Assembly: GCA_024682115.1 (NCBI GenBank)
Contig: JAIKZO010000058.1
Span: forward strand, 125,869 to 189,868
From: Lachnospiraceae bacterium
GTDB lineage: Bacteria > Bacillota > Clostridia > Lachnospirales > Lachnospiraceae
Length of the DNA stretch: 64,000 nucleotides
Direction of reading: 5' to 3'
Below the pieces are notes generated by a model. It was not told where the DNA came from. It did not search any database and saw nothing but the letters and a program-made list of their open reading frames with translations. Every line of letters begins with the position of its first letter. Within the stretch, counting starts at the first letter, position 1. The position numbers were made by a program, and so were the translations under genes. This document shows, in pieces, positions 40,510 through 49,405 of the stretch.

Positions 40510-41006
40510 AAAAAGCCGTTTATCCCGGAAGTTTTGACCCCGTAACATTCGGACATATCGATGTGATAAAGAGAGCGGCGGCAATGTTCGATATGCTCAC
40601 CGTCAGCGTTCTTGACAATAAACGTAAGCAAGCATTGTTTTCGGTAGATGAACGTGTTAAAATGTTGAAAGAAGCGCTCAAGGATATTCCCAATGTAGAA
40701 GTGGAATCCTTTAGCGGTTTGCTTGTCAATTATTGTGCTTCCAAGGATATTCATGTTATAATCAGAGGTCTCAGGGCCATTACCGATTTTGAATATGAAC
40801 TTCAGAACGCACAGACCAACCGGCTTATTTCCGACGGAAAGGTTGATACCGTATTCCTTACCACCAGTCTTGAATATGCTTATCTGAGTTCGAGCGCGGT
40901 AAAGGAAATAGCTTGTTTTAAAGGCGATGTCAGTCCCTGTGTTCCCAAATTTGTTGCAGATGCCGTCTATGACAAGTATAAAGATTCCAATCGGGGGATA
41001 TTATGA
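40506..41006 (+). CDS. coaD: Phosphopantetheine adenylyltransferase
   Basis: [14 protein letters not shown] (HxGH-type motif) and conserved sequence throughout. Confidence 0.95.
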   Translation: MKKAVYPGSFDPVTFGHIDVIKRAAAMFDMLTVSVLDNKRKQALFSVDERVKMLKEALKDIPNVEVESFSGLLVNYCASKDIHVIIRGLRAITDFEYELQNAQTNRLISDGKVDTVFLTTSLEYAYLSSSAVKEIACFKGDVSPCVPKFVADAVYDKYKDSNRGIL

Positions 41007-41737
41007 GTAACATAATCGAACAACTAATTGACGATATAATCGAGTATTTGGATAACTGTAAATATCAGCCTCTTTCAAATACCAAGATAGTTGTCAATAA
41101 GGAGGAGATTGACGAGTTGTTGCGTGAACTTCGCAGCAAGACGCCTCAGGAACTCGCTAAGTATCAGAAAGTTGTTTCCAACAGAGAAGCCATTATCAAA
41201 GACGCTAAAGTAAGAGCTCAGGCTCTTATTGATGATGCCGCACAGCGTACGAGCGAGATGCTTTCGCAAAATGCGATAATGAAACAGGCTTATGCTCAGG
41301 CGGATGAAGTCGTTAAAAGTGCTTATGTTCAGGCTCAGGAGATCCTTACGAATGCCACTTATGAAGCTAATACCGTAAGGTCCGCCGCAGTAGAGTATAT
41401 GGATAATATGCTTGCGGGATATGAACAGATAGTTGCGGACACCATGCGTATAACGCAGTCTACATATGAAAATTTCTATTCACAGCTTGCACAGTATTAT
41501 GAGACGGTAGTATCTAACAGAAACGATCTTAATCCTCCGTCAGTTCCCGAAGAAACTGCGGAAATGAATCTTGAATATATGGATCTGGATGAGGAACAGG
41601 GAGAAGAGTTCCCGACAGATAACGAAGATATCCCCGCACAGGCTCCGATGCCGGCTGCGGCATCTACCGGCGGGATTCAGGTTCCTCCCGGACCGAATAC
41701 TAACGGAGACGATTTAAAGTTAGATCTATTATCATAA
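41003..41737 (+). CDS. Hypothetical coiled-coil protein with an acidic/Pro-rich tail
   Basis: Start overlaps the coaD stop (ATGA), with GGGGG upstream. The helical Ala/Gln-rich core resembles ATPase stalk or DivIVA-type coiled coils, but I recognise no diagnostic motif. Confidence 0.5.
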   Translation: MSNIIEQLIDDIIEYLDNCKYQPLSNTKIVVNKEEIDELLRELRSKTPQELAKYQKVVSNREAIIKDAKVRAQALIDDAAQRTSEMLSQNAIMKQAYAQADEVVKSAYVQAQEILTNATYEANTVRSAAVEYMDNMLAGYEQIVADTMRITQSTYENFYSQLAQYYETVVSNRNDLNPPSVPEETAEMNLEYMDLDEEQGEEFPTDNEDIPAQAPMPAAASTGGIQVPPGPNTNGDDLKLDLLS

Positions 41738-41742
41738 ACATT

Positions 41743-41767
41743 CACCGGCTTAATGCCGGTGATTTTG
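41743..41767 (+). terminator. Rho-independent terminator
   Basis: CACCGGC-ttaat-GCCGGTG followed by ATTTTGG. Confidence 0.6.
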
Positions 41768-41788
41768 GTATTTATATCAAGGAGAAAT

Positions 41789-43039
41789 ATGGGATATATA
41801 ATAGTTTTGGATCCCGGTCACGGCGGTGATCAGGACGGCGGTACATTCGGAGAATACATAGAAAAGAATCTCAACCTTGCGGTAGCCAAGGCTATGAAAG
41901 AATATCTTGAGTATTTTGACGGTGTTACGGTCTATCTTACCAGAGAGGACGATGCGGCACTTACTTTGCAGCAGCGAGTAGATTTTGCCAAGGCCGTTAA
42001 TGCGGATTATTTTATCTCGCTGCATTTTAATCTTTCAAGTCTTCATACCATCTACGGTTCGGAAGTCTGGATCCCTTCACAGCAGAAATATTACAATAAG
42101 ATGTATGCTTATGCCGACAATGTCATGCAGAACTTTGACGCGATGGGTCTTTTCAATCGCGGTATAAAGACAAGGCTCGGTAAATCCGGAGATTATTACG
42201 GTGTCATAAGGATGAGCAGTGAATACGGTATACCTTCATGTATCATCGAACATTGCCACATGGATAATTCAAGAGACAGCTTTATCATTCCGGTCAGAGA
42301 AAAAGCGGCTTTAAATGCAGCTTTGGTCAATTTCGGAATAAAAGACGGAGAGGCCCTTGCCAAGACATTACAATTAAAGTCCACAAAACTCGGTGTGGAT
42401 TATTCGAATTATAAATCAAGTACTTATAAGACCAAGAAAAGCATTGTTGCACCGGATGAGACAGAACCCGAAGTTAATGAGATATCTCTGGTTTCGGTTG
42501 ATGCCGCACAGAACAAAGTAACTATCAACATGCATGCCGTAGATAAGGACAGTTATATCTTATACTATATGGTAAGCCTCGACGGGGGCCTTACTTTTGC
42601 GCCTTTACAGGATTGGCCGAGATCATCCTGGAACGTATCTCTTTCCGATAATGTCATTGCACTTGATGTACCCGCAAATAAAGAGTTGAATATAGTTACC
42701 GGGGCAGTAAACAGTTTCGACAAGATCACCTTGAGTAATGTTCTTAATATCAAAGCATCCAATCTCAGTGTAGATGCACAGTCTACCGGAATCAATAACT
42801 CAGAGGACATCAGGGTTGATAAGATCTCGGAAACGGGAGAGGCCGCCGAAGACAAAATTTTCAACACCATTACATATGACCACCTGAAAGAAGATCCCGG
42901 AGAGGCCGCCGTGTCTAATGCGGGAGCCGTCTCGATATTTGCGGGAAGCGCCGCTATGCTGCTGGTCTTCATGCTTTTTGCATATAAAAAGATCTTCGGA
43001 AAAACAGACACTAAAAAGAAAAGATATGATAAACGATAA
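41789..43039 (+). CDS. N-acetylmuramoyl-L-alanine amidase (Amidase_3) with a C-terminal membrane anchor
   Basis: ATG 41789 follows AAGGAG. IIVLDPGHGGDQDGG sits at the extreme N-terminus with no signal peptide. The C-terminus is a hydrophobic helix (VSIFAGSAAMLLVFMLFAY) followed by a basic tail. Confidence 0.8.
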   Translation: MGYIIVLDPGHGGDQDGGTFGEYIEKNLNLAVAKAMKEYLEYFDGVTVYLTREDDAALTLQQRVDFAKAVNADYFISLHFNLSSLHTIYGSEVWIPSQQKYYNKMYAYADNVMQNFDAMGLFNRGIKTRLGKSGDYYGVIRMSSEYGIPSCIIEHCHMDNSRDSFIIPVREKAALNAALVNFGIKDGEALAKTLQLKSTKLGVDYSNYKSSTYKTKKSIVAPDETEPEVNEISLVSVDAAQNKVTINMHAVDKDSYILYYMVSLDGGLTFAPLQDWPRSSWNVSLSDNVIALDVPANKELNIVTGAVNSFDKITLSNVLNIKASNLSVDAQSTGINNSEDIRVDKISETGEAAEDKIFNTITYDHLKEDPGEAAVSNAGAVSIFAGSAAMLLVFMLFAYKKIFGKTDTKKKRYDKR

Positions 43040-43721
43040 AGTTGTTACCGGCTATAATCCGCCGGATTTGAAGGATATAAAAGCCGTGTTTTTTGATCTT
43101 GACGGCTCACTGGTTGATTCCATGTGGATATGGGGCAGTATAGACGATGAATATCTTTCGCGGTTCGGGATAAAAAGGCCCGCGGATCTTCAAAGCAAGA
43201 TCGAAGGTATGAGCGTTGTCGAGACTGCTCTTTATTTTAAGGAACGATTTTCGATAAAGGAATCTCCGGAAGATATAATAAAGATGTGGAATGACATGGC
43301 GTTCGATAAATATGCCAATGAAGTGTTTGTAAAAGAAGGCGGGATCGAGTTTCTTGATTACTGTTCAGAAAATGGAATACGTCTCGGTATATGTTCGAGC
43401 AATTCAAAAAAACTCTTACAGACGGTTTTGAAAAAACATGATATATACGATCTTTTTGATGTTGTGATATCGGGAGAAGATGTTAATAAAGGAAAACCCG
43501 ATCCGGAATGCTATCTGTCCGCTGCGGATAAGGTCGGTGTCGATCCGCGGTATTGCCTGGTTTTTGAAGATCTCGTCAGAGGCATAGAAGCCGGAAAAGC
43601 CGCCGGGATGAAAACCTGTGCAGTAAGGGATGACTATTCCGAAAAGCAATGGGATGAAAAGGTAGAATGTGCGGATTACTGTATCAGCGACTATCACGAT
43701 ATATTGGTGAAATATGTTTAA
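43026..43721 (+). CDS. HAD-superfamily hydrolase (beta-phosphoglucomutase/phosphatase subfamily)
   Basis: Motif I FFDLDGSLVDS, motif II CSSN, and motif III/IV KGKPDPE...FEDLVRGIEAGKAAGM. The track start at 42918 is over-extended. Confidence 0.8.
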   Translation: MINDKVVTGYNPPDLKDIKAVFFDLDGSLVDSMWIWGSIDDEYLSRFGIKRPADLQSKIEGMSVVETALYFKERFSIKESPEDIIKMWNDMAFDKYANEVFVKEGGIEFLDYCSENGIRLGICSSNSKKLLQTVLKKHDIYDLFDVVISGEDVNKGKPDPECYLSAADKVGVDPRYCLVFEDLVRGIEAGKAAGMKTCAVRDDYSEKQWDEKVECADYCISDYHDILVKYV

Positions 43722-44289
43722 AAGATCGATAAAAGGTAATTTTCAATATCTGAAGACAAAAAGGATTAACACAGCTATCATCACGGCAGTGTTCTTTACC
43801 TTATCACTCGGTATCATCCTGACAGGATATCTCACTACCGGAACAAGGAAGAATCTTCTTACAATAGTGGGCATATTGGGCCTTCTGCCCGCCAGCAAAA
43901 GCCTCGTCAGTCTGATCATGCTTATAAGAGCCAAGGGCGCAGATCAAAAGCTTTTCGATCTGATAAACGGATCCGATAACAATCTTATTTCAATGTATGA
44001 TATGTATTTTACGTCATATAAGAAAAACTTTGCTGTTTATCATATGACCGTAAAAGAAGGCGTGATCATCGGATATTCGGGAGATCCTTCATTTGATGCA
44101 AAACAATGTTCCGAGCATGTTAACGCCATGTTAAAACAGGCAGGCCACAACGGATTTACTACATGTTTCAGCACAAAGATCGATGATTACCTGAAAATGC
44201 TGAACTCATTAAACGAAAAAGCTTCTTTGAACAAAGATCCCGGACGTGATGACGGGATCAGGATCTCTCTTTATGAGATAATTCTTTGA
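43714..44289 (+). CDS. Hypothetical membrane protein (2 TM helices plus a soluble domain)
   Basis: Two hydrophobic helices near the N-terminus. GGTGA lies upstream, and the start overlaps the HAD stop. I recognise no family. Confidence 0.5.
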   Translation: MFKRSIKGNFQYLKTKRINTAIITAVFFTLSLGIILTGYLTTGTRKNLLTIVGILGLLPASKSLVSLIMLIRAKGADQKLFDLINGSDNNLISMYDMYFTSYKKNFAVYHMTVKEGVIIGYSGDPSFDAKQCSEHVNAMLKQAGHNGFTTCFSTKIDDYLKMLNSLNEKASLNKDPGRDDGIRISLYEIIL

Positions 44290-44299
44290 CGGAGGCTTT

Positions 44300-45232
44300 A
44301 TGAAAGAATTCAAGATAAGCTCCGCCGAAGAAGGCCAGAGACTGAATAAATATCTGAAAAGGCTGATGAGTCTTATTTCAGATCCGTTCATTTTTAAGAT
44401 GTTACGTAAAAAGAACATCACCGTGAACGGAAAAAGCGCAAAGGCCGGAGATATACTGAAAGAAGGAGATATCGTAAAGATATTCTTTTCCGATGAGACC
44501 TTCGCGAGATTCTGCGGCGAACCGGATTCGGAAGATCTCGATATCTATAAGGATGCCTTCGGCAGTCTTAAAGGTATACGCACTGTTTACGAAGACGATG
44601 ATATGATCGTTTTCTTCAAACCGTACGGAATCCTTTCCCAGAAAGCTTCAAAGGAAGACCTTTCATTAAACGAATACCTGATCGGTTATCTTCTTGATAA
44701 CGGCCGGATCGACAAAACAACTCTTGCACATTTCCGACCGTCGATAATGAACAGACTTGACCGTAACACGCAGGGACTTGTAATGTGCTCCAAATCTTTA
44801 AAGGGTGCCAAAACACTTTCTTATCTTATCCGCGATCGATCAATAAAAAAATATTACAGAACAGTCTGCAAGGGAAAGATAGATAAAGAATCCACCGTTA
44901 CCGGATTTCTGATAAAAGACGAAAAGACAAATAAGGTCACGGTCTATGAAGAAAACCGTGAAGGAGCAAAGAAGATAGTCACTCGCATGATCCCGCGAAG
45001 GATTGAAGATGACAGAACTTATACGGACATCGAGCTCATCACGGGTAAGACACATCAGATAAGAGCCCATCTTGCGTTCATCGGTCATCCGGTCCTTGGT
45101 GACACAAAGTACGGAGATCCTTCTTTTAACAAAAAATATGATCGTTACAACCAGGAACTGACCGCCTACAAACTGGTCTTTCCTTCAAAATGCGACATTC
45201 CCGGATGGAACGACCTGGTCATAGAGGTTTAG
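44300..45232 (+). CDS. RluA-family pseudouridine synthase with an N-terminal S4 domain
   Basis: S4-like N-terminus, catalytic-Asp motif NRLDRNTQGLVM, and TGKTHQIRAHL. Confidence 0.85.
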   Translation: MKEFKISSAEEGQRLNKYLKRLMSLISDPFIFKMLRKKNITVNGKSAKAGDILKEGDIVKIFFSDETFARFCGEPDSEDLDIYKDAFGSLKGIRTVYEDDDMIVFFKPYGILSQKASKEDLSLNEYLIGYLLDNGRIDKTTLAHFRPSIMNRLDRNTQGLVMCSKSLKGAKTLSYLIRDRSIKKYYRTVCKGKIDKESTVTGFLIKDEKTNKVTVYEENREGAKKIVTRMIPRRIEDDRTYTDIELITGKTHQIRAHLAFIGHPVLGDTKYGDPSFNKKYDRYNQELTAYKLVFPSKCDIPGWNDLVIEV

Positions 45233-45790
45233 ATGAGCACTTGGAAAACAAGAGGCCTTCGCGGCTCCTATCTTGAAGATCTGATCAATAAGACAAACGA
45301 AAAATACAAAGAACAGGGTCTGGCCATTGTTCAAAAGATACCGACCCCGATCACTCCAATCAAAATGAGTCCGAAAGGATCTCAGATCACTTTGGCGTAC
45401 TTTGATCAGAAAAGTACCGTCGATTATATCGGAGCCGTCCAGGGGATACCGGTCTGTTTTGATGCAAAGGAATGCAGAGAAGACCGTTTCCCGCTCGCCA
45501 ATATCCATGAACATCAGGTTGAATTCATGGAACATTTCGAAAAACAGGGCGGTGTTTCGTTTTTTCTTATTTATTTTTCTACGCGTGATATCCTTTATTA
45601 CCTGCCTTTTGATATGTTCAAGTTCTTCTGGGACAGGGCCTTTAAGGACAACGATCGAAAATCATTCAGATACGAAGAACTGAACCCTGATTTCATCATC
45701 AAACAGAACGAAGGAGTTTTCGTCCCTTACCTTGATGCACTGAAGAAAGATATAGAAGAAAGGGAAGCAACCGGTGAAAACCGGTATTGA
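45233..45790 (+). CDS. recU: Holliday junction resolvase RecU
   Basis: GSYLEDLINKTNEKYKEQGLAIVQKIPTPI... and DYIGAVQGIPVCFDAKE are RecU signature regions. Confidence 0.85.
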   Translation: MSTWKTRGLRGSYLEDLINKTNEKYKEQGLAIVQKIPTPITPIKMSPKGSQITLAYFDQKSTVDYIGAVQGIPVCFDAKECREDRFPLANIHEHQVEFMEHFEKQGGVSFFLIYFSTRDILYYLPFDMFKFFWDRAFKDNDRKSFRYEELNPDFIIKQNEGVFVPYLDALKKDIEEREATGENRY

Positions 45791-45815
45791 CACAGAGAAT
45801 TCAGTGTGTTAGCAT
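45787..45815 (+). promoter_or_regulatory. Promoter candidate for the his operon
   Basis: TTGACA (45787-45792, overlapping the recU stop), 17 nt, TGt-TAGCAT (45807-45815). It is followed by the inverted repeat TGTTAA-ttag-TTAACA (45815-45830). Confidence 0.4.
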
Positions 45816-45869
45816 GTTAATTAGTTAACACGTTATCACGCTAAAGCGCCAGTCCTTAAAGGAGGATAT

Positions 45870-47516
45870 ATGATCAAAGAAAATCTGCTGCATACACCTG
45901 AAGGAATAAGGGATCTTTACGGTGATGAATTTGATAAAAAGATCAGAACGGAAACCTCTGTATTTAATGTTTTGGTAAAAGAAGGTTACAGGAAGATACA
46001 GACTCCGACTCTGGAATTTGCCGATGTTTTTTCTTCAAGTATCGGTACTACGCCTTCAAACGAACTGTATCGTTTTTATGATCCCGAAGGAAACACTCTT
46101 GTTTTACGTCCCGACTTTACACCTTCCATAGCCAGATGCGCGGCAAAATATTTTATGGATGAAAAGTCGCCCATCAGACTTTGTTATTCGGGAAGTACTT
46201 TTTCAAACACCAAATCTTTAAGAGGAAAGCTTAAGGAAGTCACTCAGATGGGTGCCGAACTTATCAGTGATCCTTCGGTTGAGGCTGACGGAGAGATCAT
46301 AGCTCTTGCAATAAACGTATTGAAAGAAGCCGGACTTAAGAAATTCAAGATAACAGTCGGAAATGCGGATTTTTATCGAGGCATATGCAATCATGCCGGA
46401 CTTTCGGATATGGTGGAGCACGACCTGAGGGATCTTATCTCTCAGAAGAACATATTCGGTGCGGAAAATTATCTTAAAGAACAGAATATCTCCGATATGG
46501 ATAAACTCCTTAAGATTACCGAGTTCTTCGGAAGCTCCGAGATACTTGACAGGGCTTTGGCATTTGCGGATAACGACAGGTCGCGTGAAGCCGTGAACAG
46601 ACTCATAAAGCTTGATGAAGTATTAAAACGTCTCGGTGTCGACGGATATATCACTTACGATCTTTCGATGCTCAGTAAATACGATTATTATACCGGCGTG
46701 ATATTCAGAGCTTATACTTACGGTGTCGGCGAGCCCATTGTTAAAGGCGGAAGATATGACAACCTGCTTTCGTATTTCGGTAAAGACGCTCCGGCGATAG
46801 GTTTTTGCGTAGTTACGGACGATCTTATTCAGGCTTTGGATCATCAGGATAAGTATGTTAAATCCGATGATGACAGATACCTTACATTCGCTCTGGGAAA
46901 AGGCAGACTGGCAAATAAGGCTTTGGAGCTTCTCGAGCAGATGGGTATCACATGTGAGGAGATGAAAGATAAAGATACAAGGAAACTCATCTTTGTGAAC
47001 GAAGATCTTAAATTGAAATTCTTCCTGGCAAAAGGTCCTGATGTTCCTACTTATGTAGAATACGGAGCAGCCGATATCGGGGTTGTCGGAAAAGACACCA
47101 TCATGGAGGAAAACCGGGATGTTTTCGAAGTCCTCGATCTGAATTTCGGAAAATGCAGGATGTGTGTCTGCGGGCCGGAGAGCGCTCAGGAACTGCTCAA
47201 AGGAAAAGAAAGGATAAGAGTTGCGACAAAATACCCGCTGATCGCCAAAGAATATTTTTATAATGTCCGGAATCAGACAGTGGATATAATCAAACTGAAC
47301 GGTTCTGTCGAACTCGGTCCCATAGTTGAGCTTTCCGATGTTATAGTCGATATAGTCGAAACCGGATCAACGCTCCGTGAGAACGGACTTAAAGTCCTTG
47401 AAGAGATCGCGCCCTTATCGGCAAGGATGATCGTAAATCCTGTTTCCATGCAGATGGAATCGGGCAGGATAAAAGATATCATATCCAAGTTAAAAGTAAT
47501 ATGTGAGGAACAATGA
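45870..47516 (+). CDS. hisZG: Fusion of the ATP phosphoribosyltransferase regulatory subunit (HisZ) and the short-form catalytic subunit (HisG)
   Basis: Residues ~1-335 are HisRS-like HisZ (LLHTPEGIRDLYG, LRPDFTPSIAR, YYTGVIF). Residues ~340-548 are short HisG (LTFALGKGRL, VPTYVEYGAADIGVVGKD, DIVETGSTLRENGL). It is a single uninterrupted ORF. Confidence 0.85.
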   Translation: MIKENLLHTPEGIRDLYGDEFDKKIRTETSVFNVLVKEGYRKIQTPTLEFADVFSSSIGTTPSNELYRFYDPEGNTLVLRPDFTPSIARCAAKYFMDEKSPIRLCYSGSTFSNTKSLRGKLKEVTQMGAELISDPSVEADGEIIALAINVLKEAGLKKFKITVGNADFYRGICNHAGLSDMVEHDLRDLISQKNIFGAENYLKEQNISDMDKLLKITEFFGSSEILDRALAFADNDRSREAVNRLIKLDEVLKRLGVDGYITYDLSMLSKYDYYTGVIFRAYTYGVGEPIVKGGRYDNLLSYFGKDAPAIGFCVVTDDLIQALDHQDKYVKSDDDRYLTFALGKGRLANKALELLEQMGITCEEMKDKDTRKLIFVNEDLKLKFFLAKGPDVPTYVEYGAADIGVVGKDTIMEENRDVFEVLDLNFGKCRMCVCGPESAQELLKGKERIRVATKYPLIAKEYFYNVRNQTVDIIKLNGSVELGPIVELSDVIVDIVETGSTLRENGLKVLEEIAPLSARMIVNPVSMQMESGRIKDIISKLKVICEEQ

Positions 47517-48808
47517 CAATGAAAGTTATAGAATTAAACGAAAAAACAAGGGATAATATCCTTGAAGATCTTTTAAAGAGAAGCCCGAATTCTTATTCGG
47601 AATACGAAGAGACCGTAAACGGTATAATAAACGACGTCAGAAACAATAAGGACGAAGCGTTGTTCAGATATACCCTGAAATTTGACGGATTTGATCTTGG
47701 GACAGATAATATCAAAGTGACGGAAGAGGAGATAAAAGAAGCCTTCGAAAGCGTCGATGACGATATCATAAAGGTTATCGAAGATTCCGCCGCCAACATC
47801 AGAAATTTCCACAAAAAACAGTTAAGGAACACCTGGATTGAGACAAAAGACGACGGATCCATACTCGGTCAGAGGATAACACCGATAGCCTGTTCAGGAG
47901 TTTATGTCCCCGGCGGGAAGGCGGCATATCCAAGTTCTGTCCTTATGAACATCATTCCGGCAAAGGTGGCCGGCGTTGAACGGATAATCATGACCACGCC
48001 GCCCGGAAAAGACGGAAAGATATCTCCCGGTACACTTGTCGCTGCCAGGATAGCCGGTGCCGACGAGATCTATAAGGCCGGAGGAGCCCAGGCGATAGCC
48101 GCAATGGCATTCGGAACCGAAAGTATACCGAAAGTCGATAAGATCACGGGGCCCGGAAATATATTTGTGGCTCTGGCAAAGAAAGCCTGTTTCGGTTATG
48201 TTTCGATCGATTCGATAGCGGGACCATCCGAAATACTTGTTATAGCCGATGAGAGCGCCAATCCCCGTTATGTTGCATCCGACCTCCTTTCTCAGGCCGA
48301 ACACGACGAGATGGCTTCGGCTATTCTTATAACCACTTCAAAAGATCTGGCTGATGCTGTAATAAAAGAAATTGATGCATTTGTTCCCGATCTTAAGAGA
48401 AGTGAGATAATCAGGAAGTCACTTGACAATTACGGATACGTGCTTTTGGCAAAAGATATCGATGAAGCGGTTGAAACGGCGAACGCGATAGCATCAGAAC
48501 ACCTTGAGATACTCACCAAAGATCCTTTTGATGTCATGACACGCGTTAAGAATGCCGGAGCGATATTCCTTGGAGAATATTCTTCGGAACCGCTCGGAGA
48601 TTATTTTGCCGGACCGAACCATATCCTTCCCACTAACGGAACGGCCAGGTTCTTTTCTCCGCTTTCTGTCGATGATTTCATCAAGAAAACAAGCCTTATT
48701 TCTTATTCCCGTTCGGGACTTGAAAAGGTACACGGAGAGATTGAAGCATTTGCAAAATATGAAGGGTTGACAGCACACGCCAATTCAATAGCAGTCAGAT
48801 TTGAATAA
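47513..48808 (+). CDS. hisD: Histidinol dehydrogenase
   Basis: Conserved HisD sequence (GVYVPGGKAAYPSSVLM, SQAEHDE, GDYFAGPNHILPT). Alternative ATG at 47519. Confidence 0.95.
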   Translation: MTMKVIELNEKTRDNILEDLLKRSPNSYSEYEETVNGIINDVRNNKDEALFRYTLKFDGFDLGTDNIKVTEEEIKEAFESVDDDIIKVIEDSAANIRNFHKKQLRNTWIETKDDGSILGQRITPIACSGVYVPGGKAAYPSSVLMNIIPAKVAGVERIIMTTPPGKDGKISPGTLVAARIAGADEIYKAGGAQAIAAMAFGTESIPKVDKITGPGNIFVALAKKACFGYVSIDSIAGPSEILVIADESANPRYVASDLLSQAEHDEMASAILITTSKDLADAVIKEIDAFVPDLKRSEIIRKSLDNYGYVLLAKDIDEAVETANAIASEHLEILTKDPFDVMTRVKNAGAIFLGEYSSEPLGDYFAGPNHILPTNGTARFFSPLSVDDFIKKTSLISYSRSGLEKVHGEIEAFAKYEGLTAHANSIAVRFE

Positions 48809-48820
48809 ACGAGGTGAACA

Positions 48821-49405
48821 ATGAAAGAAGCAGTCATTAAAAGAAAAACGAACGAAACCGATATCGAGTGTAAACTCAAACTTGACGGTGAAGGCAAATA
48901 CGACATTTCCACCGGCATAGGTTTTTTTGACCACATGCTTGAAGGATTTGCCAAACACGGTTTTTTTGACCTCAGTCTTTCCGTTAAGGGCGATCTTATA
49001 GTTGACGGTCACCATAGCGTCGAAGATGCGGGAATAGTTCTCGGAACTGCGATCAAAGAGGCCCTGGAAGATAAAAAAGGTATAAAAAGATACGGCAAAA
49101 GCCTTCTTCCCATGGATGATTCTTTATGCCTTTGCGCGATAGACCTTTGCGGCAGACCTTATCTTGTTTATGACTGCGAGCTTACTACCGAAAAGGTCGG
49201 ATATCTCGATACCGAACTCGTAAGAGAATTCTTTTATGCGGTAAGCTATTCAGCAGGTATGAATCTACACATCAAGATGCTGTACGGTCAGAATAATCAT
49301 CATATGATAGAAGCCATGTTCAAAGCATTCGCCAAGGCTCTTGATGAAGCTGTATCACCCGAACCCAGATCAAAAGAAGTTTTATCTACGAAAGGAACAT
49401 TATAA
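48821..49405 (+). CDS. hisB: Imidazoleglycerol-phosphate dehydratase
   Basis: Motifs DGHHSVED and [14 protein letters not shown]. Confidence 0.95.
   Translation: MKEAVIKRKTNETDIECKLKLDGEGKYDISTGIGFFDHMLEGFAKHGFFDLSLSVKGDLIVDGHHSVEDAGIVLGTAIKEALEDKKGIKRYGKSLLPMDDSLCLCAIDLCGRPYLVYDCELTTEKVGYLDTELVREFFYAVSYSAGMNLHIKMLYGQNNHHMIEAMFKAFAKALDEAVSPEPRSKEVLSTKGTL

Noticed and set aside
41789-43039. Signal-peptide-less amidase as a prophage endolysin marking a prophage.
   Set aside because: No holin, portal, terminase, tail or integrase genes lie on either side. The flanking genes are coaD and a HAD hydrolase with overlapping starts.
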